Assembly: GCA_965140785.1 (NCBI GenBank) | Contig: OZ223510.1 | Coordinates: 192,001 to 256,000 of the forward strand | DNA length: 64,000 nt | Direction: 5' to 3' | DNA from: an uncultured Ruficoccus sp. | GTDB lineage: Bacteria > Verrucomicrobiota > Verrucomicrobiia > Opitutales > Cerasicoccaceae | Shown here: piece by piece, positions 42,366 to 52,747 of the stretch | Layout of the letters: every line of letters starts with the position of its first letter | How positions within the stretch are numbered: the stretch's first letter is position 1 | The notes under the pieces: model-generated | Database searches by the model: none | What the model was told of the DNA's origin: nothing | What the model saw: only the letters and a program-made list of their open reading frames with translations | Made by a program: the position numbers and the translations under genes

Positions 42366-43532
42366 TCAGCACGTTCCCAACGGCGTCCAGGCGGCGTTGT
42401 TTTTGGAGCTTTTGAGTACGGCTTCGATGAAAGCCAGACCGCGGATGCCATCCTCGATACCGGGATAATCGGAGGCATACTCCGGGGCAGATTCGCCGGT
42501 TATCCCGGCCCGCAAATCGGCGGCAAAGTTGCGGTAAATATTGGCGAAGGCGTCGTGGTAGCCCTCGGTGTGCCCGGTGGGCAGGCGGCTGTGGGCCTGG
42601 GCGCTGGGGCAGAGGTAGCCATTGCCGGTGCGGTAAATCTGCGTGGGCTGGTCGAGGCGGTGGACGAGGAGGGTGTTGGGCTCCTGCTGGTGCCACTCGA
42701 GTCCGCCTTTTTCGCCGTAGAGCCGGATGCTAAGGGCGTTTTCCTCGCCCACGGAGATTTGGGAGGAGTGCAGAATGCCCTTGGCCCCGCCCTCGAAGCG
42801 CAGAAGGACGTTGCCGTCGTCGTCGAGCACGCGCCCGTCCCCGAAGCAGGTGAGGTCCGCTGCCAGTTCACGGATGCGCAGCCCACTGATGGTCTCGGCT
42901 AAATTCTCGGCGTGGGTGCCGATGTCGCCCATGCAATTGGAGCCGCCGGCCTGTGTCGGGTCGGTGCGCCAGGAGGCCTGCTTCTGTCCGGTAGCTTCGA
43001 CCGGCGTGGCGAGCCAGCCCTGGGGGTACTCCACGATGACCTTGCGGACCTTGCCCAGCTCGCCGCTGCGGACGAGTTCGCGAGCCTGCTTGACCATGGG
43101 GTAGCCGGTGTAGTTATGCGTGAGGCCGTACTTGAGTCCGGTGGTGTCGATCAGTTGCTCCAGTTGGCAGGCCTCGGCCAGGCTGACGGTGGCGGGCTTG
43201 TCCGAGAGCACATGGAAACCCGCCTTGAGCGCGGCCTCCGCGATGGCGAAATGCATCCTATTCGGGGTAACGATAGAGACGAAGTGCATGCGTTGCTCCG
43301 CCGGAAGCTTGGCTTCCTGCTCCATCATGGTCCCGAAGTCCGGATAGCAGCGCTCGGGTTCCAGCAGCAGGCTCTGGCCGAATTCGCGCGAGCGGGCGGC
43401 ATCCGAGCTGAAAGCGCCGCAGACGAGTTCGATCTGGCCGTCCATAGCTGAGGCGGTGCGGTGAACCTGGCCGATGAAGGCGCCGGGCCCGCCGCCCACC
43501 ATGCCCATGCGGATTTTAAAGGGGGGCAACAT
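42366..43532 (-). CDS. Gfo/Idh/MocA oxidoreductase (sugar dehydrogenase-like)
   Basis: MGMVGGGPGAFIGQVHR, SDKP, HNYTGYPMV, DIGTHA. Confidence 0.9.
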   Translation of the reverse strand: MLPPFKIRMGMVGGGPGAFIGQVHRTASAMDGQIELVCGAFSSDAARSREFGQSLLLEPERCYPDFGTMMEQEAKLPAEQRMHFVSIVTPNRMHFAIAEAALKAGFHVLSDKPATVSLAEACQLEQLIDTTGLKYGLTHNYTGYPMVKQARELVRSGELGKVRKVIVEYPQGWLATPVEATGQKQASWRTDPTQAGGSNCMGDIGTHAENLAETISGLRIRELAADLTCFGDGRVLDDDGNVLLRFEGGAKGILHSSQISVGEENALSIRLYGEKGGLEWHQQEPNTLLVHRLDQPTQIYRTGNGYLCPSAQAHSRLPTGHTEGYHDAFANIYRNFAADLRAGITGESAPEYASDYPGIEDGIRGLAFIEAVLKSSKNNAAWTPLGTC

Positions 43533-43781
43533 AGGAAAGAAGGATAGGGTTAATAAAATTGGAAGCGGAAGCGTTTCGTCGATCGTTACAGCGTGATCGG
43601 GACATCTTCGATGATGGGCCGTGATTCGTCAAAAGATTTTCTGGAGACCGTAACACCCGGATTCACTTATCAAAATTAATGGCCACTGCCTGCCCGGTCG
43701 GGTGGCAGCTGGGCACAACTTGCGTGGCAGGCAACTTCCGCGCTTGCCACGGCGGGCGCGGGCGCTTGCATTGGGACGCTT

Positions 43782-45308
43782 ATGGCAAAAGCGAAGACAG
43801 CCATCACCCCGACGCGGGCCGAGGACTACCCGGAGTGGTACCAGCAGGTCATCAAGGCCGCCGACATGGCGGAAAATTCCCCCGTGCGCGGCTGCATGGT
43901 GATCAAACCCTGGGGTTACACCCTGTGGGAAAACATCCAGCATGTGCTCGACCGGATGTTCAAGGACACCGGGCACGTGAACGCCTATTTCCCGCTTTTC
44001 ATCCCCAAGAGCTACCTGGAAAAGGAAGCCGCCCACGTCGAGGGCTTCGCCAAGGAGTGCGCCGTGGTCACACACTCGCGGCTGGTATCGGACGGGCAGG
44101 GCGGGCTCAAGCCCGACGGTCCGCTGGAGGAACCGCTCATCGTGCGCCCGACCTCTGAGACCATTATCGGCGAAATGTACGCCAAGTGGGTCCAGAGCTA
44201 CCGCGACTTGCCCATCCTGATCAACCAGTGGGCCAATGTCGTGCGCTGGGAGATGCGCACCCGCCTGTTTCTGCGCACTGCGGAATTCCTCTGGCAGGAA
44301 GGGCACACCGTCCACGCCACCGCCGAGGAGGCGATGGAGGAGACACGCAAGATGCTGGCCGTCTACGCCGACTTCGCCGAAAACTTCATGGCCATGCCCG
44401 TCATTTGCGGCGAGAAGACCGCCGGCGAACGCTTCCCAGGGGCGGACCACACCTTTTCCATTGAGGCCATGATGCAGGACCGCAAGGCCCTCCAGGCCGG
44501 AACCAGTCACTTCCTCGGGCAGAATTTCTCAAAGGCCAGCGGGATCAAGTTCCAGAACGAACAGGGTGAGGAAGAGCTTGCCTGGACAACCTCCTGGGGC
44601 GTCTCCACACGCCTGATCGGCGGACTTATCATGACCCACGCCGACGACGACGGCCTCGTGCTGCCGCCGCGTCTGGCCCCCTCGCACATCGTCATCCTGC
44701 CCGTCATGCACAAGCCCGAGACCGCCGCCGCTGTGCTCGAGTACTGCGAGTTCCTGAAAAAGGAATTGCAGGAGCAGACCTTTGCCGGGCGCCGGGTCGA
44801 GGTCGAATTGGACAAGCGCGACCTGCGCGGTGGTGAGAAGCGCTGGGGCTGGATCAAGAAGGGCGTGCCGCTCATTGTCGAGGCAGGCCCACGCGATCTG
44901 GAGAACAACGCCGTCTTTGTCGCCCGCCGTGACACCGGCGAAAAGCAGGGCCTGCCCCGTGACGAGTTTGTCGCCACCGTGGCCGAGCGCCTGCAAGGCA
45001 TTCAGGACGACATGCTCGCCCGCGCCAAGGCCCACCGCGAGGAGAACACCAAGACCCTCGACACGCTGGAAGACTTTAAAGCGTATTTCACCCCGCAGAA
45101 CGCCGAGCGCCCGGAAATCCACGGCGGCTTTGCCATCGCCCACTGGGGCGGCGACGCCGAGGACGAGGACCGCCTGGCCAAGGAGATGAAGGTCACGATC
45201 CGCAACATCCCGCTCGAAGGCCAGTTCGGCTACAACGGGGAGCCCGGCACCTGCATCTACACCGGCAAGCCCAGTGCTCAGCAGGTGATTTTTGCCAAGG
45301 CGTACTAA
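43782..45308 (+). CDS. proS: Proline--tRNA ligase, archaeal/eukaryote-like type
   Basis: RPTSET, QWANVVRWE, FLRTAEFLWQEGHT, LQAGTSH, SWGVSTRLIG, C-terminal FAKAY. Confidence 0.97.
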   Translation: MAKAKTAITPTRAEDYPEWYQQVIKAADMAENSPVRGCMVIKPWGYTLWENIQHVLDRMFKDTGHVNAYFPLFIPKSYLEKEAAHVEGFAKECAVVTHSRLVSDGQGGLKPDGPLEEPLIVRPTSETIIGEMYAKWVQSYRDLPILINQWANVVRWEMRTRLFLRTAEFLWQEGHTVHATAEEAMEETRKMLAVYADFAENFMAMPVICGEKTAGERFPGADHTFSIEAMMQDRKALQAGTSHFLGQNFSKASGIKFQNEQGEEELAWTTSWGVSTRLIGGLIMTHADDDGLVLPPRLAPSHIVILPVMHKPETAAAVLEYCEFLKKELQEQTFAGRRVEVELDKRDLRGGEKRWGWIKKGVPLIVEAGPRDLENNAVFVARRDTGEKQGLPRDEFVATVAERLQGIQDDMLARAKAHREENTKTLDTLEDFKAYFTPQNAERPEIHGGFAIAHWGGDAEDEDRLAKEMKVTIRNIPLEGQFGYNGEPGTCIYTGKPSAQQVIFAKAY

Positions 45309-45342
45309 ATGACATCCGGTTAGGGTCGATGAGGTCAGGGCG

Positions 45343-47274
45343 ATGAATGCGCTGCTCAAGTATCGGCCGGAGGTGGATGGCCTGCGGACAATTGCGGTCG
45401 GCGGAGTCATCCTGTTTCATTATAATCCGGCCTGGCTGAGCGGCGGCTTTCTCGGAGTGGACGTTTTTTTCGTCATCTCCGGCTACCTGCTCACGGCGAT
45501 CATCCACCGGGAACTTCATGAGGGGCGGTTTTCCTTCCTGCGCTTCTGGCTGCGCCGTCTGCGCCGCCTGTACCCGGCGCTGGTCACGATGGTTCTCGGG
45601 GTGGCGCTGGTGGGAAACTACCTCCAGTTCGGCCAAGCGCGGGAGGCGTTGCCCATGCAGGCGCTGGCGGCGGTCTTCTCCTTTTCCAATATCTTACTGT
45701 GGGCGACGACCAGCGGCTACTGGGCGCAGGATACCGGCAGCATCGCGCTGTTGCACACCTGGTCGCTCTCGCTGGAGGAGCATTTTTATCTCTTTTTACC
45801 GGTTTTCCTGTTTCTCATTTACCACTTTCGCCGCCGATGGCTGACCGCCTCGCTGTGGATCTGCACCGTGCTGAGTCTCGCCCTGTGCATTTACGCCAGC
45901 TACCATCACCGTGAGGCCGCTTTTTTCTGGCTGCCGACACGGGCCTGGGAACTGCTGATCGGTAGTCTGCTGGCGATCAAACTGCCGGACGGACACTGCC
46001 CCGGCGAAAAAAGAGGCTGGGAGCCATGGGCGGCGGGGTTGGGTCTCGTGCTGATCGTGTTGTCCTTTGTTTTCATCGGGGAGGAAGCACACTTCCCCTC
46101 GGCCTGGCCGCTGCCCGCCTGCCTGGGGACGGCGGCGATTCTGGCCTTCGGACGGCACGGCGGCTGGGTGAAAACCCTCCTCGCGCTACCGCCGGTACGG
46201 CTGCTGGGGGTGATCTCGTATTCGCTCTATCTGTGGCACTGGCCGATCCTTGTCTTCACGGGGTATTACCCGGCCTGGAACAACCCTTGGCTGTTCCTCG
46301 GTTTGTTATTGGCGGTGTCGACATTGAGCTATGCGCTGGTCGAGGCGCCTTGCCGTAAGAACAACCGGCGCACGGTGATTTTTCTAGCCGGATCGTTTGT
46401 GCCGTTGGCGTGTGCGATCGGGGCGCTCTTGCTAACTCCCCGCAATCCCTGGCTACCGCCCGAAATGGCCAATCTCGATGCCCCCGACAGCTACGAGGCG
46501 GGCGGGCGCTACGACGCCAAAAACCTCATGCTCGCCGGTGAGTACGGCCTCAAAATCGGGGACGACGACGTTGCACCGCAGGTCATGCTGGTGGGCTCTT
46601 CGCACGCCATGCCCTACGAGCAAGCGCTGATCGATTTCGAAAAAGCCAACGGCGGGGGCGTCCTCCTCTCGGCCACTTCGGGCGTCGAGCTGACCGATGG
46701 TCTGTCACGGGCCCGGGAAGAGCTGCTTATTGGCCAACGCCTTGAGCATGCCTACGACTGGATCAACCTGCTCAAGCTCGATTACGTCGCCCGCTACCAC
46801 CCGCAGGTGGTGATCGTCGCCGGACGCTGGGACCTGTCCCTGGCGAACGAACCGGACTTCGCCGACCGCCTGCGGGAGGAAATCACCTTTTTAGCCGAAA
46901 ACGCCGGGCACGTCCTCGTCCTCGAACAGGTGCCAATGGGGGATCTTCCTGCCGCCTACGGCAAATCCGTCCGCATTTACCTGCTGGCGTTGGCCCGCTC
47001 GGGCAAAGAAGGGGTCTTCCAACCAGCCCCGGAGGTCGTGGCGGCCAACCAACTGGTGCGCGAGGTAATCGCGGAGCTTGACCGGCCCAATGTGGAACTG
47101 CTCGACCCTACGCCGCTGTTGACGAACGACGAAGGCGACATTCTCCCGATCCAGGACGGCAACCTCCTCTACTACGACGCCGACCACCTGAACCTTTATG
47201 GCGCAGCCCGGGTCTTTGACGCACTGCTAGAACCGCGCCTGAAACAGCTGCTGGCGAGCGAGGGCAAAGACTGA
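45343..47274 (+). CDS. Acyltransferase-3 + SGNH fusion (OafA/OatA-like O-acetyltransferase)
   Basis: YRPEVDGLR, GGFLGVDVFFVISGYL, HTWSLSLEEHFY, SYSLYLWHWP; C-terminal GSSHA and DADHL. Confidence 0.9.
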   Translation: MNALLKYRPEVDGLRTIAVGGVILFHYNPAWLSGGFLGVDVFFVISGYLLTAIIHRELHEGRFSFLRFWLRRLRRLYPALVTMVLGVALVGNYLQFGQAREALPMQALAAVFSFSNILLWATTSGYWAQDTGSIALLHTWSLSLEEHFYLFLPVFLFLIYHFRRRWLTASLWICTVLSLALCIYASYHHREAAFFWLPTRAWELLIGSLLAIKLPDGHCPGEKRGWEPWAAGLGLVLIVLSFVFIGEEAHFPSAWPLPACLGTAAILAFGRHGGWVKTLLALPPVRLLGVISYSLYLWHWPILVFTGYYPAWNNPWLFLGLLLAVSTLSYALVEAPCRKNNRRTVIFLAGSFVPLACAIGALLLTPRNPWLPPEMANLDAPDSYEAGGRYDAKNLMLAGEYGLKIGDDDVAPQVMLVGSSHAMPYEQALIDFEKANGGGVLLSATSGVELTDGLSRAREELLIGQRLEHAYDWINLLKLDYVARYHPQVVIVAGRWDLSLANEPDFADRLREEITFLAENAGHVLVLEQVPMGDLPAAYGKSVRIYLLALARSGKEGVFQPAPEVVAANQLVREVIAELDRPNVELLDPTPLLTNDEGDILPIQDGNLLYYDADHLNLYGAARVFDALLEPRLKQLLASEGKD

Positions 47275-47334
47275 GCCCCGCATCCGGAGGACCAAGAATC
47301 CTTATCCGCGGACAAGCAGGGGTAAACCGCACGC

Positions 47335-47868
47335 CTAGTTTTGTTCTTTGGTCTGCCTTTTCAGCGCGAAATAGGCTTGGAGCAATTCACGGCACTCGTC
47401 CTCGAAGACGCCGCCGCGCGGGTGGACGCGGTGGTTGAGGCCGGGAACCTCGTGCAGGGGAGTGGCTCCGCCGAGGCAGCCCATCTTCGGGTCGGGTACG
47501 GCGAAGACGACATCGCTCAGGCGGGACATGATGCTGGCTCCCGAGCACATGGGGCAAGGCTCCTTGGTCACGTAGAGGGTCGCGCCGTTGAGCCGCCAGT
47601 CGCCGATGGCGTTGGCCGCCTGGGTGATGGCCAGCATCTCGGCGTGGGCGGTCGGGTCGGCGGTGCTTTGGGTTGCGTTGTGGGCGGCGGCGATGACCTC
47701 GCCGTTGAGCACGATGACCGCGCCGATGGGCACCTCGTCCATGCGCCAGGCGTCGATGGCGAGGTTGTAGGCCAGCTTCATGAAAAACGTGTCGTCACGC
47801 TGAAGCTGTGACGGATAAACCTTTTCAAACGGACAGGGCAGGGGAGGACGTTCGCTGTGATCGTGCAT
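47335..47868 (-). CDS. tadA: tRNA adenosine(34) deaminase
   Basis: EVPIGAV, DPTAHAE, WRL, TKEPCPMC; start placed at ATG 47868. Confidence 0.9.
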   Translation of the reverse strand: MHDHSERPPLPCPFEKVYPSQLQRDDTFFMKLAYNLAIDAWRMDEVPIGAVIVLNGEVIAAAHNATQSTADPTAHAEMLAITQAANAIGDWRLNGATLYVTKEPCPMCSGASIMSRLSDVVFAVPDPKMGCLGGATPLHEVPGLNHRVHPRGGVFEDECRELLQAYFALKRQTKEQN

Positions 47869-47891
47869 GGAGGCGGAATCGTTCAAATACA

Positions 47892-48086
47892 GGTCACAAA
47901 GAACACGAAGGAGACACGAAGGGCACGAAGAAAAATCTTCAGAATATGGATGCTGCTGCTATTGCCAGGCTATTTCTTTAGCACACGTTCTGAACAAATA
48001 ATCCATCACCGCCGATAGCCGTATCCGAATTGTTTTAGCTAAAAAATCTTCGTGCTCTTCGTGTCATCTTCGCGGACTTCGTGACC
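47892..48086. repeat. Gene-less inverted tandem repeat element (CACGAAG units)
   Basis: 40-bp arms at 47892-47931 and 48047-48086 are 33/40 complementary, around a 115-bp AT-rich spacer. Confidence 0.85.
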
Positions 48087-48106
48087 CATCCTTTTTTTTC
48101 AAAAAC

Positions 48107-49627
48107 TCAGCCGAAGAGCTGGTTCATTTCGGTCTCGTCGAGGACGCGGCAGCGGCGATAGCCCTTGCCGCTGGCCGGGAGGGTGTCGGCGAAGCCCGCC
48201 CGCGCCTCGGCGGAGTCGAACTCCATCCCGATGAGGGCGCGGCCCACGCGCTCGCCCGAGTAGCGGTAGTTGAAGTAGCAGAAGTTGCCGCGCCCGCGGA
48301 CGGTGCCGTCGAGAAAGGCGTGCATGGCGCCGGGACGCTCGTAGAACTCCAGTTCGAGGAGCAGCGGGTGCGTCAACAGGCGGGCTTCGCAAGCAATAGC
48401 GCGGTAGCGCACTTCGACCGAGTTATCCACCTCGGTGAACGCGTAGCCGTTGGCGTGCAGGCGCTCGACGAGGGCGGCATGCTCAGGCTCGGAGCACGAG
48501 AGCCCGAACACCGGCCAGGCCTGATCCGGATGGCGCTTGCCGTACTGAAAGTCAATGATGTTGAGCGAGCCCAGGCCCGTCTCCAGCAGGGCGAGCATGG
48601 CGCCGGGGCGCTCCGGGATCTCGATACGCAGGTGTCGCCGGTGCCCGCCGCCGATACCGGCGGCGTCGGCGATACGGGCGAGCTGGCCGAAGTCGAGATT
48701 CGCCCCCGTGGCCACGACAAGCGCCCGCTCGAAGGGGTGCTGGGCGCGGTCTTTCAACAGCCCGGCCAGCCCCATCGCGCCGGAGGGTTCCTGCAGGCAG
48801 CGCAGACGCTCCCAGTACAGGCGGATGGCGTCGGAGACTTCCTCGTTCGTCACGGTGATGACCTCGTCGAGCACTTCGCGGCAGACTTGGAAGGTCGTTG
48901 CACCCGCCTTGCGGACCGCCGTGCCGTCGCAAAAGATGTCCAGCGCATCCAGTCCGACCGGCTGGCCCGCCTTGAGCGCGACCTGCATTGATGCCTGACC
49001 GACGCCCTCCACACCGACCACGCGGATGTCCGGGTAAAAAGTTTTCAACCAGTTGGCCACACCTCCGGCCATTCCGCCGCCGCCGATCTGAAGATAAGCC
49101 ACATCGAACGGGCCTTCGCCGGACATGACCGCCTCGTCCGCCAGCGTAGCCTGCCCGGCCATCACCTGGAGGTCGTCGTAAGCGTGGATGTAGATGCCGC
49201 CGGTGGCTTTGGCCTGCTCCATCGCTGCCGAGTAAGCATCGTCATAGCTGTCGCCGTGGAGGACAATCTCAACCGCTTCGCCCCCGTGGCGCTGGACGGC
49301 ATTACGCTTCACGGCCGGGGTCGTCACGGGCATGAAGACCTGTGCCTTTAGCCCCAGCAGCCGCGCCGCCAGCGCCACACCCTGAGCGTGGTTGCCCGCC
49401 GAGGCGGCCAGGACGGGCTTCGCGGCCTCCTCGGGCGTCAGCAACGCCATGCGGTTAAACGCGCCTCGCCACTTGTAGGCCTTGATCGGGCAGAGGTCCT
49501 CGCGTTTGACAAAGACCTGGCCGGGGCCGTCGAGTTCGATTAGCTCCAGCGGCGTGGGCGCACCAGCGCGGTAAACACGCTGGCGGGCGAAGAGCGTTTC
49601 CTGGCGCAGTTGTCTGAGTAAATCCAT
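48107..49627 (-). CDS. ilvA: Threonine dehydratase, biosynthetic, with two C-terminal regulatory domains
   Basis: KREDLCPIKAYKWRGA, ASAGNHAQGVA, IGGGGM, IPERPGA and FYERPGA repeats. Confidence 0.9.
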   Translation of the reverse strand: MDLLRQLRQETLFARQRVYRAGAPTPLELIELDGPGQVFVKREDLCPIKAYKWRGAFNRMALLTPEEAAKPVLAASAGNHAQGVALAARLLGLKAQVFMPVTTPAVKRNAVQRHGGEAVEIVLHGDSYDDAYSAAMEQAKATGGIYIHAYDDLQVMAGQATLADEAVMSGEGPFDVAYLQIGGGGMAGGVANWLKTFYPDIRVVGVEGVGQASMQVALKAGQPVGLDALDIFCDGTAVRKAGATTFQVCREVLDEVITVTNEEVSDAIRLYWERLRCLQEPSGAMGLAGLLKDRAQHPFERALVVATGANLDFGQLARIADAAGIGGGHRRHLRIEIPERPGAMLALLETGLGSLNIIDFQYGKRHPDQAWPVFGLSCSEPEHAALVERLHANGYAFTEVDNSVEVRYRAIACEARLLTHPLLLELEFYERPGAMHAFLDGTVRGRGNFCYFNYRYSGERVGRALIGMEFDSAEARAGFADTLPASGKGYRRCRVLDETEMNQLFG

Positions 49628-49687
49628 GAGCAGGGAAGCGAAAACAATGACACCGTTCCCGCCTCAAGGCAAAGGCGAAACGTCAGT

Positions 49688-49860
49688 ATTGCGGGCTTCC
49701 GAAGCCCGCACCCGCGGCAGGCATAGCCTGCACTTTCGATGCTTCGCATCGCGTCTGGGATTGCTGCTTGCAGCGTCGCTGCAAGCAGCAATCCCAGAGG
49801 AGCATCCAAACTGAGTCGCAATCCCAAAACTTACCTACGGAACTTAGGTATCGAGACACA
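49688..49860. repeat. 173-bp four-hairpin repeat, copy 1
   Basis: Aligns with 59402-59574; contains a perfect 21-bp stem (49754-49774 / 49778-49798). Confidence 0.85.
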
Positions 49861-49874
49861 AGTATCAGTCACAC

Positions 49875-49906
49875 AAAAAAAGCCGGCCCCCAAAAGGGCC
49901 GACTTT
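49875..49906 (-). terminator. Intrinsic terminator downstream of fbaB
   Basis: Minus strand AAAGTCGGCCC-ttttgg-GGGCCGGCTTT followed by TTTT. Confidence 0.8.
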
Positions 49907-49925
49907 GAAAGAGCAGAGCGTACGC

Positions 49926-50091
49926 ACTCCTCACGGGGCAGCGGCCTTTCTGGCCGCGATGGGGCGCAGCCCCATGAGTGATGCGAAGCATCACAGGTGC
50001 AGGAGTCCGGCTGGACCAGCTTTTTGCGTTGCCGGGGTAGGCACGCAGTGCCGTAGGGGCTTGCCCCCTCATTGCCAGCGGGTGCAACCCG
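49926..50091. repeat. Cluster of short REP-like hairpins between the fbaB stop and its terminator
   Basis: GCGGCC-tttct-GGCCGC, ATGGGGC-gca-GCCCCAT, GTGATGC-gaa-GCATCAC, GCTG-gac-CAGC, GGCAC-gca-GTGCC, GGGG-cttg-CCCC, CGGGT-gca-ACCCG. Confidence 0.65.
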
Positions 50092-51159
50092 TTAGGCGAT
50101 GGTGACGTCTTTGCAGAGGTACACGTCCTGAATGGCGTTGAGGAGCTTGACACCTTCCTTCATCGGGCGCTGGAAGGCCTTGCGGCCAGAGATGAGGCCC
50201 GTACCGCCGGCCCGCTTGTTGACCACAGCAGTCTTGACGGCATCGCCGAAGTCGTTTGCCCCGGAAGCGCCGCCGGAATTGATCAAACCCTGACGGCCCA
50301 TGTAGCAGTTGGCCACCTGGTAGCGGGTCAGATCGATCGGGTGGTCGGTGGTCAGCTCGGTGTAAACGCGCTCGTCGATCTTGCCATAGCTGGAGTTGCC
50401 CATGTTGAGGGCCTTATAGCCGCCGTTGTTTTCGGGAAGCTTTTGCTTGATGATGTCGGCCTGAATAGTGACGCCGAGGTGGTTGGCCTGGCCGGTCAGG
50501 TCGGCGGACACGTGGTAGTCGGTGCCGTCTTTCTTAAAGGCGCTGTTGCGCAGGTAGCACCACAGAACGGTGGCCATGCCCAGCTCGTGAGCGCGGGCGA
50601 AAGCCTCGGAGACCTCGATGATCTGGCGGTTGGACTCCTCGGAGCCGAAGTAGATGGTCGCCCCAACCGCAGCCGCGCCCATGTCGTAGGCCTGCTCGAC
50701 CGAGCCGAACATGATCTGGTCGGCCTGGTTCGGGTAGCTCAGGAGCTGGTTGTGGTTGATTTTGACGAGAAAGGGAATCTTGTGCGCGTACTTGCGGGCG
50801 ACCGAGCCGAGTACGCCGAAGGTCGAGGCGACGGCGTTGCAGCCGCCCTCAAGGGCGAGCTTGACGATGTTTTCGCTGTCGAAGTAGTCGGGGTTCTTGG
50901 CAAAGGAGGCGCCGCCGCTGTGCTCGATGCCCTGGTCCACGGGCAGGATGCTGACGTAGCCGGTGCCGGAGAGGCGCCCGGTGTGGAAGATCCAGTTGAG
51001 ATTGTTGAGAACGCGCTGATTGCGATCGCTCGGGGCAAAGATGCGGTCCACGAAATCGCCGCCGGGCAGGTGGAGGCGGTCCTTGCTGATGGTCTTGCAT
51101 TCGTGTGAGAGGAGGTCCTTGGCGTCGGAGCCGAGGTATTCTTCGATCTTGTTGATCAT
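50092..51159 (-). CDS. fbaB: Class I fructose-bisphosphate aldolase (DhnA type)
   Basis: [42 protein letters not shown]. Confidence 0.95.
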   Translation of the reverse strand: MINKIEEYLGSDAKDLLSHECKTISKDRLHLPGGDFVDRIFAPSDRNQRVLNNLNWIFHTGRLSGTGYVSILPVDQGIEHSGGASFAKNPDYFDSENIVKLALEGGCNAVASTFGVLGSVARKYAHKIPFLVKINHNQLLSYPNQADQIMFGSVEQAYDMGAAAVGATIYFGSEESNRQIIEVSEAFARAHELGMATVLWCYLRNSAFKKDGTDYHVSADLTGQANHLGVTIQADIIKQKLPENNGGYKALNMGNSSYGKIDERVYTELTTDHPIDLTRYQVANCYMGRQGLINSGGASGANDFGDAVKTAVVNKRAGGTGLISGRKAFQRPMKEGVKLLNAIQDVYLCKDVTIA

Positions 51160-51427
51160 AGTGGGTCAGGGTGTTGCGGTTCAGATGAAGGGTGAGACGC
51201 GCTAATTAAATGCCGGGTACCGGGCTCGCGCAAGTCGGGAATACAAAAGAGCGGGCAGGGCAGGGGATTTTAGAGGGTGGCATTTTTCCTGCTAATCCGG
51301 TGAATTAAAATAATTGGGTGTCGCGGAGCAGAAATAGCCACGCGAGGCTTAATTAATGTTGATTTTGAGCGGATGCACTATAAGTTGCACTGCTTCACAA
51401 CGCACAATATTCAAAAGTTAAGCACAC

Positions 51428-52459
<1,032 letters not shown>

Positions 52460-52492
52460 GTCCAAAGCTTAGCTCTTCAAAAAACCATTTCC

Positions 52493-52527
52493 AAGCCGGG
52501 CTCCATCGCGGGGTCCGGCTTTTTTTT
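52493..52527 (+). terminator. Intrinsic terminator after fbaA
   Basis: AAGCCGGGCTCC-atcgc-GGGGTCCGGCTT (with G-U pairs) followed by a T-run. Confidence 0.85.
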
Positions 52528-52528
52528 G

Positions 52529-52679
52529 TTTAACCACGGATGACACGGATAGCACAGATGAAGAAAAGTATCCGTGTTATCCGTGAAATCCGTGGTTAAA
52601 TATTGGTTATCTAATCAAGCGCGAGAATTGGCATGACTCTCTCCATTTAACCTCTGTGCGCTCTGTGTCCTCTGTGGTT
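52529..52679. repeat. Gene-less inverted tandem 9-mer element (CACGGAT units) plus an extra orphan right arm
   Basis: Arms 52529-52559 and 52570-52600 are 27/31 complementary with a 10-bp loop; second right arm CTCTGTGCGCTCTGTGTCCTCTGTGGTT at 52652-52679. Confidence 0.88.
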
Positions 52680-52747
52680 GCATCCCAAAAGCCTTTCCGG
52701 TTTTGGATTGCCCTTTGCGCCTGCCTGTGGCTTAGCTGACGCCTCGC

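Noticed and set aside
43560..43665. Operator-like words (GAAGCGTTTC, GATCGTTACA) upstream of the Gfo/Idh/MocA gene
   Set aside because: Too short and not clearly repeated; no regulator nearby to assign.
43782..45308. Archaeal/eukaryote-type ProRS as evidence of unusual transfer
   Set aside because: This ProRS type is well known in many bacterial phyla.
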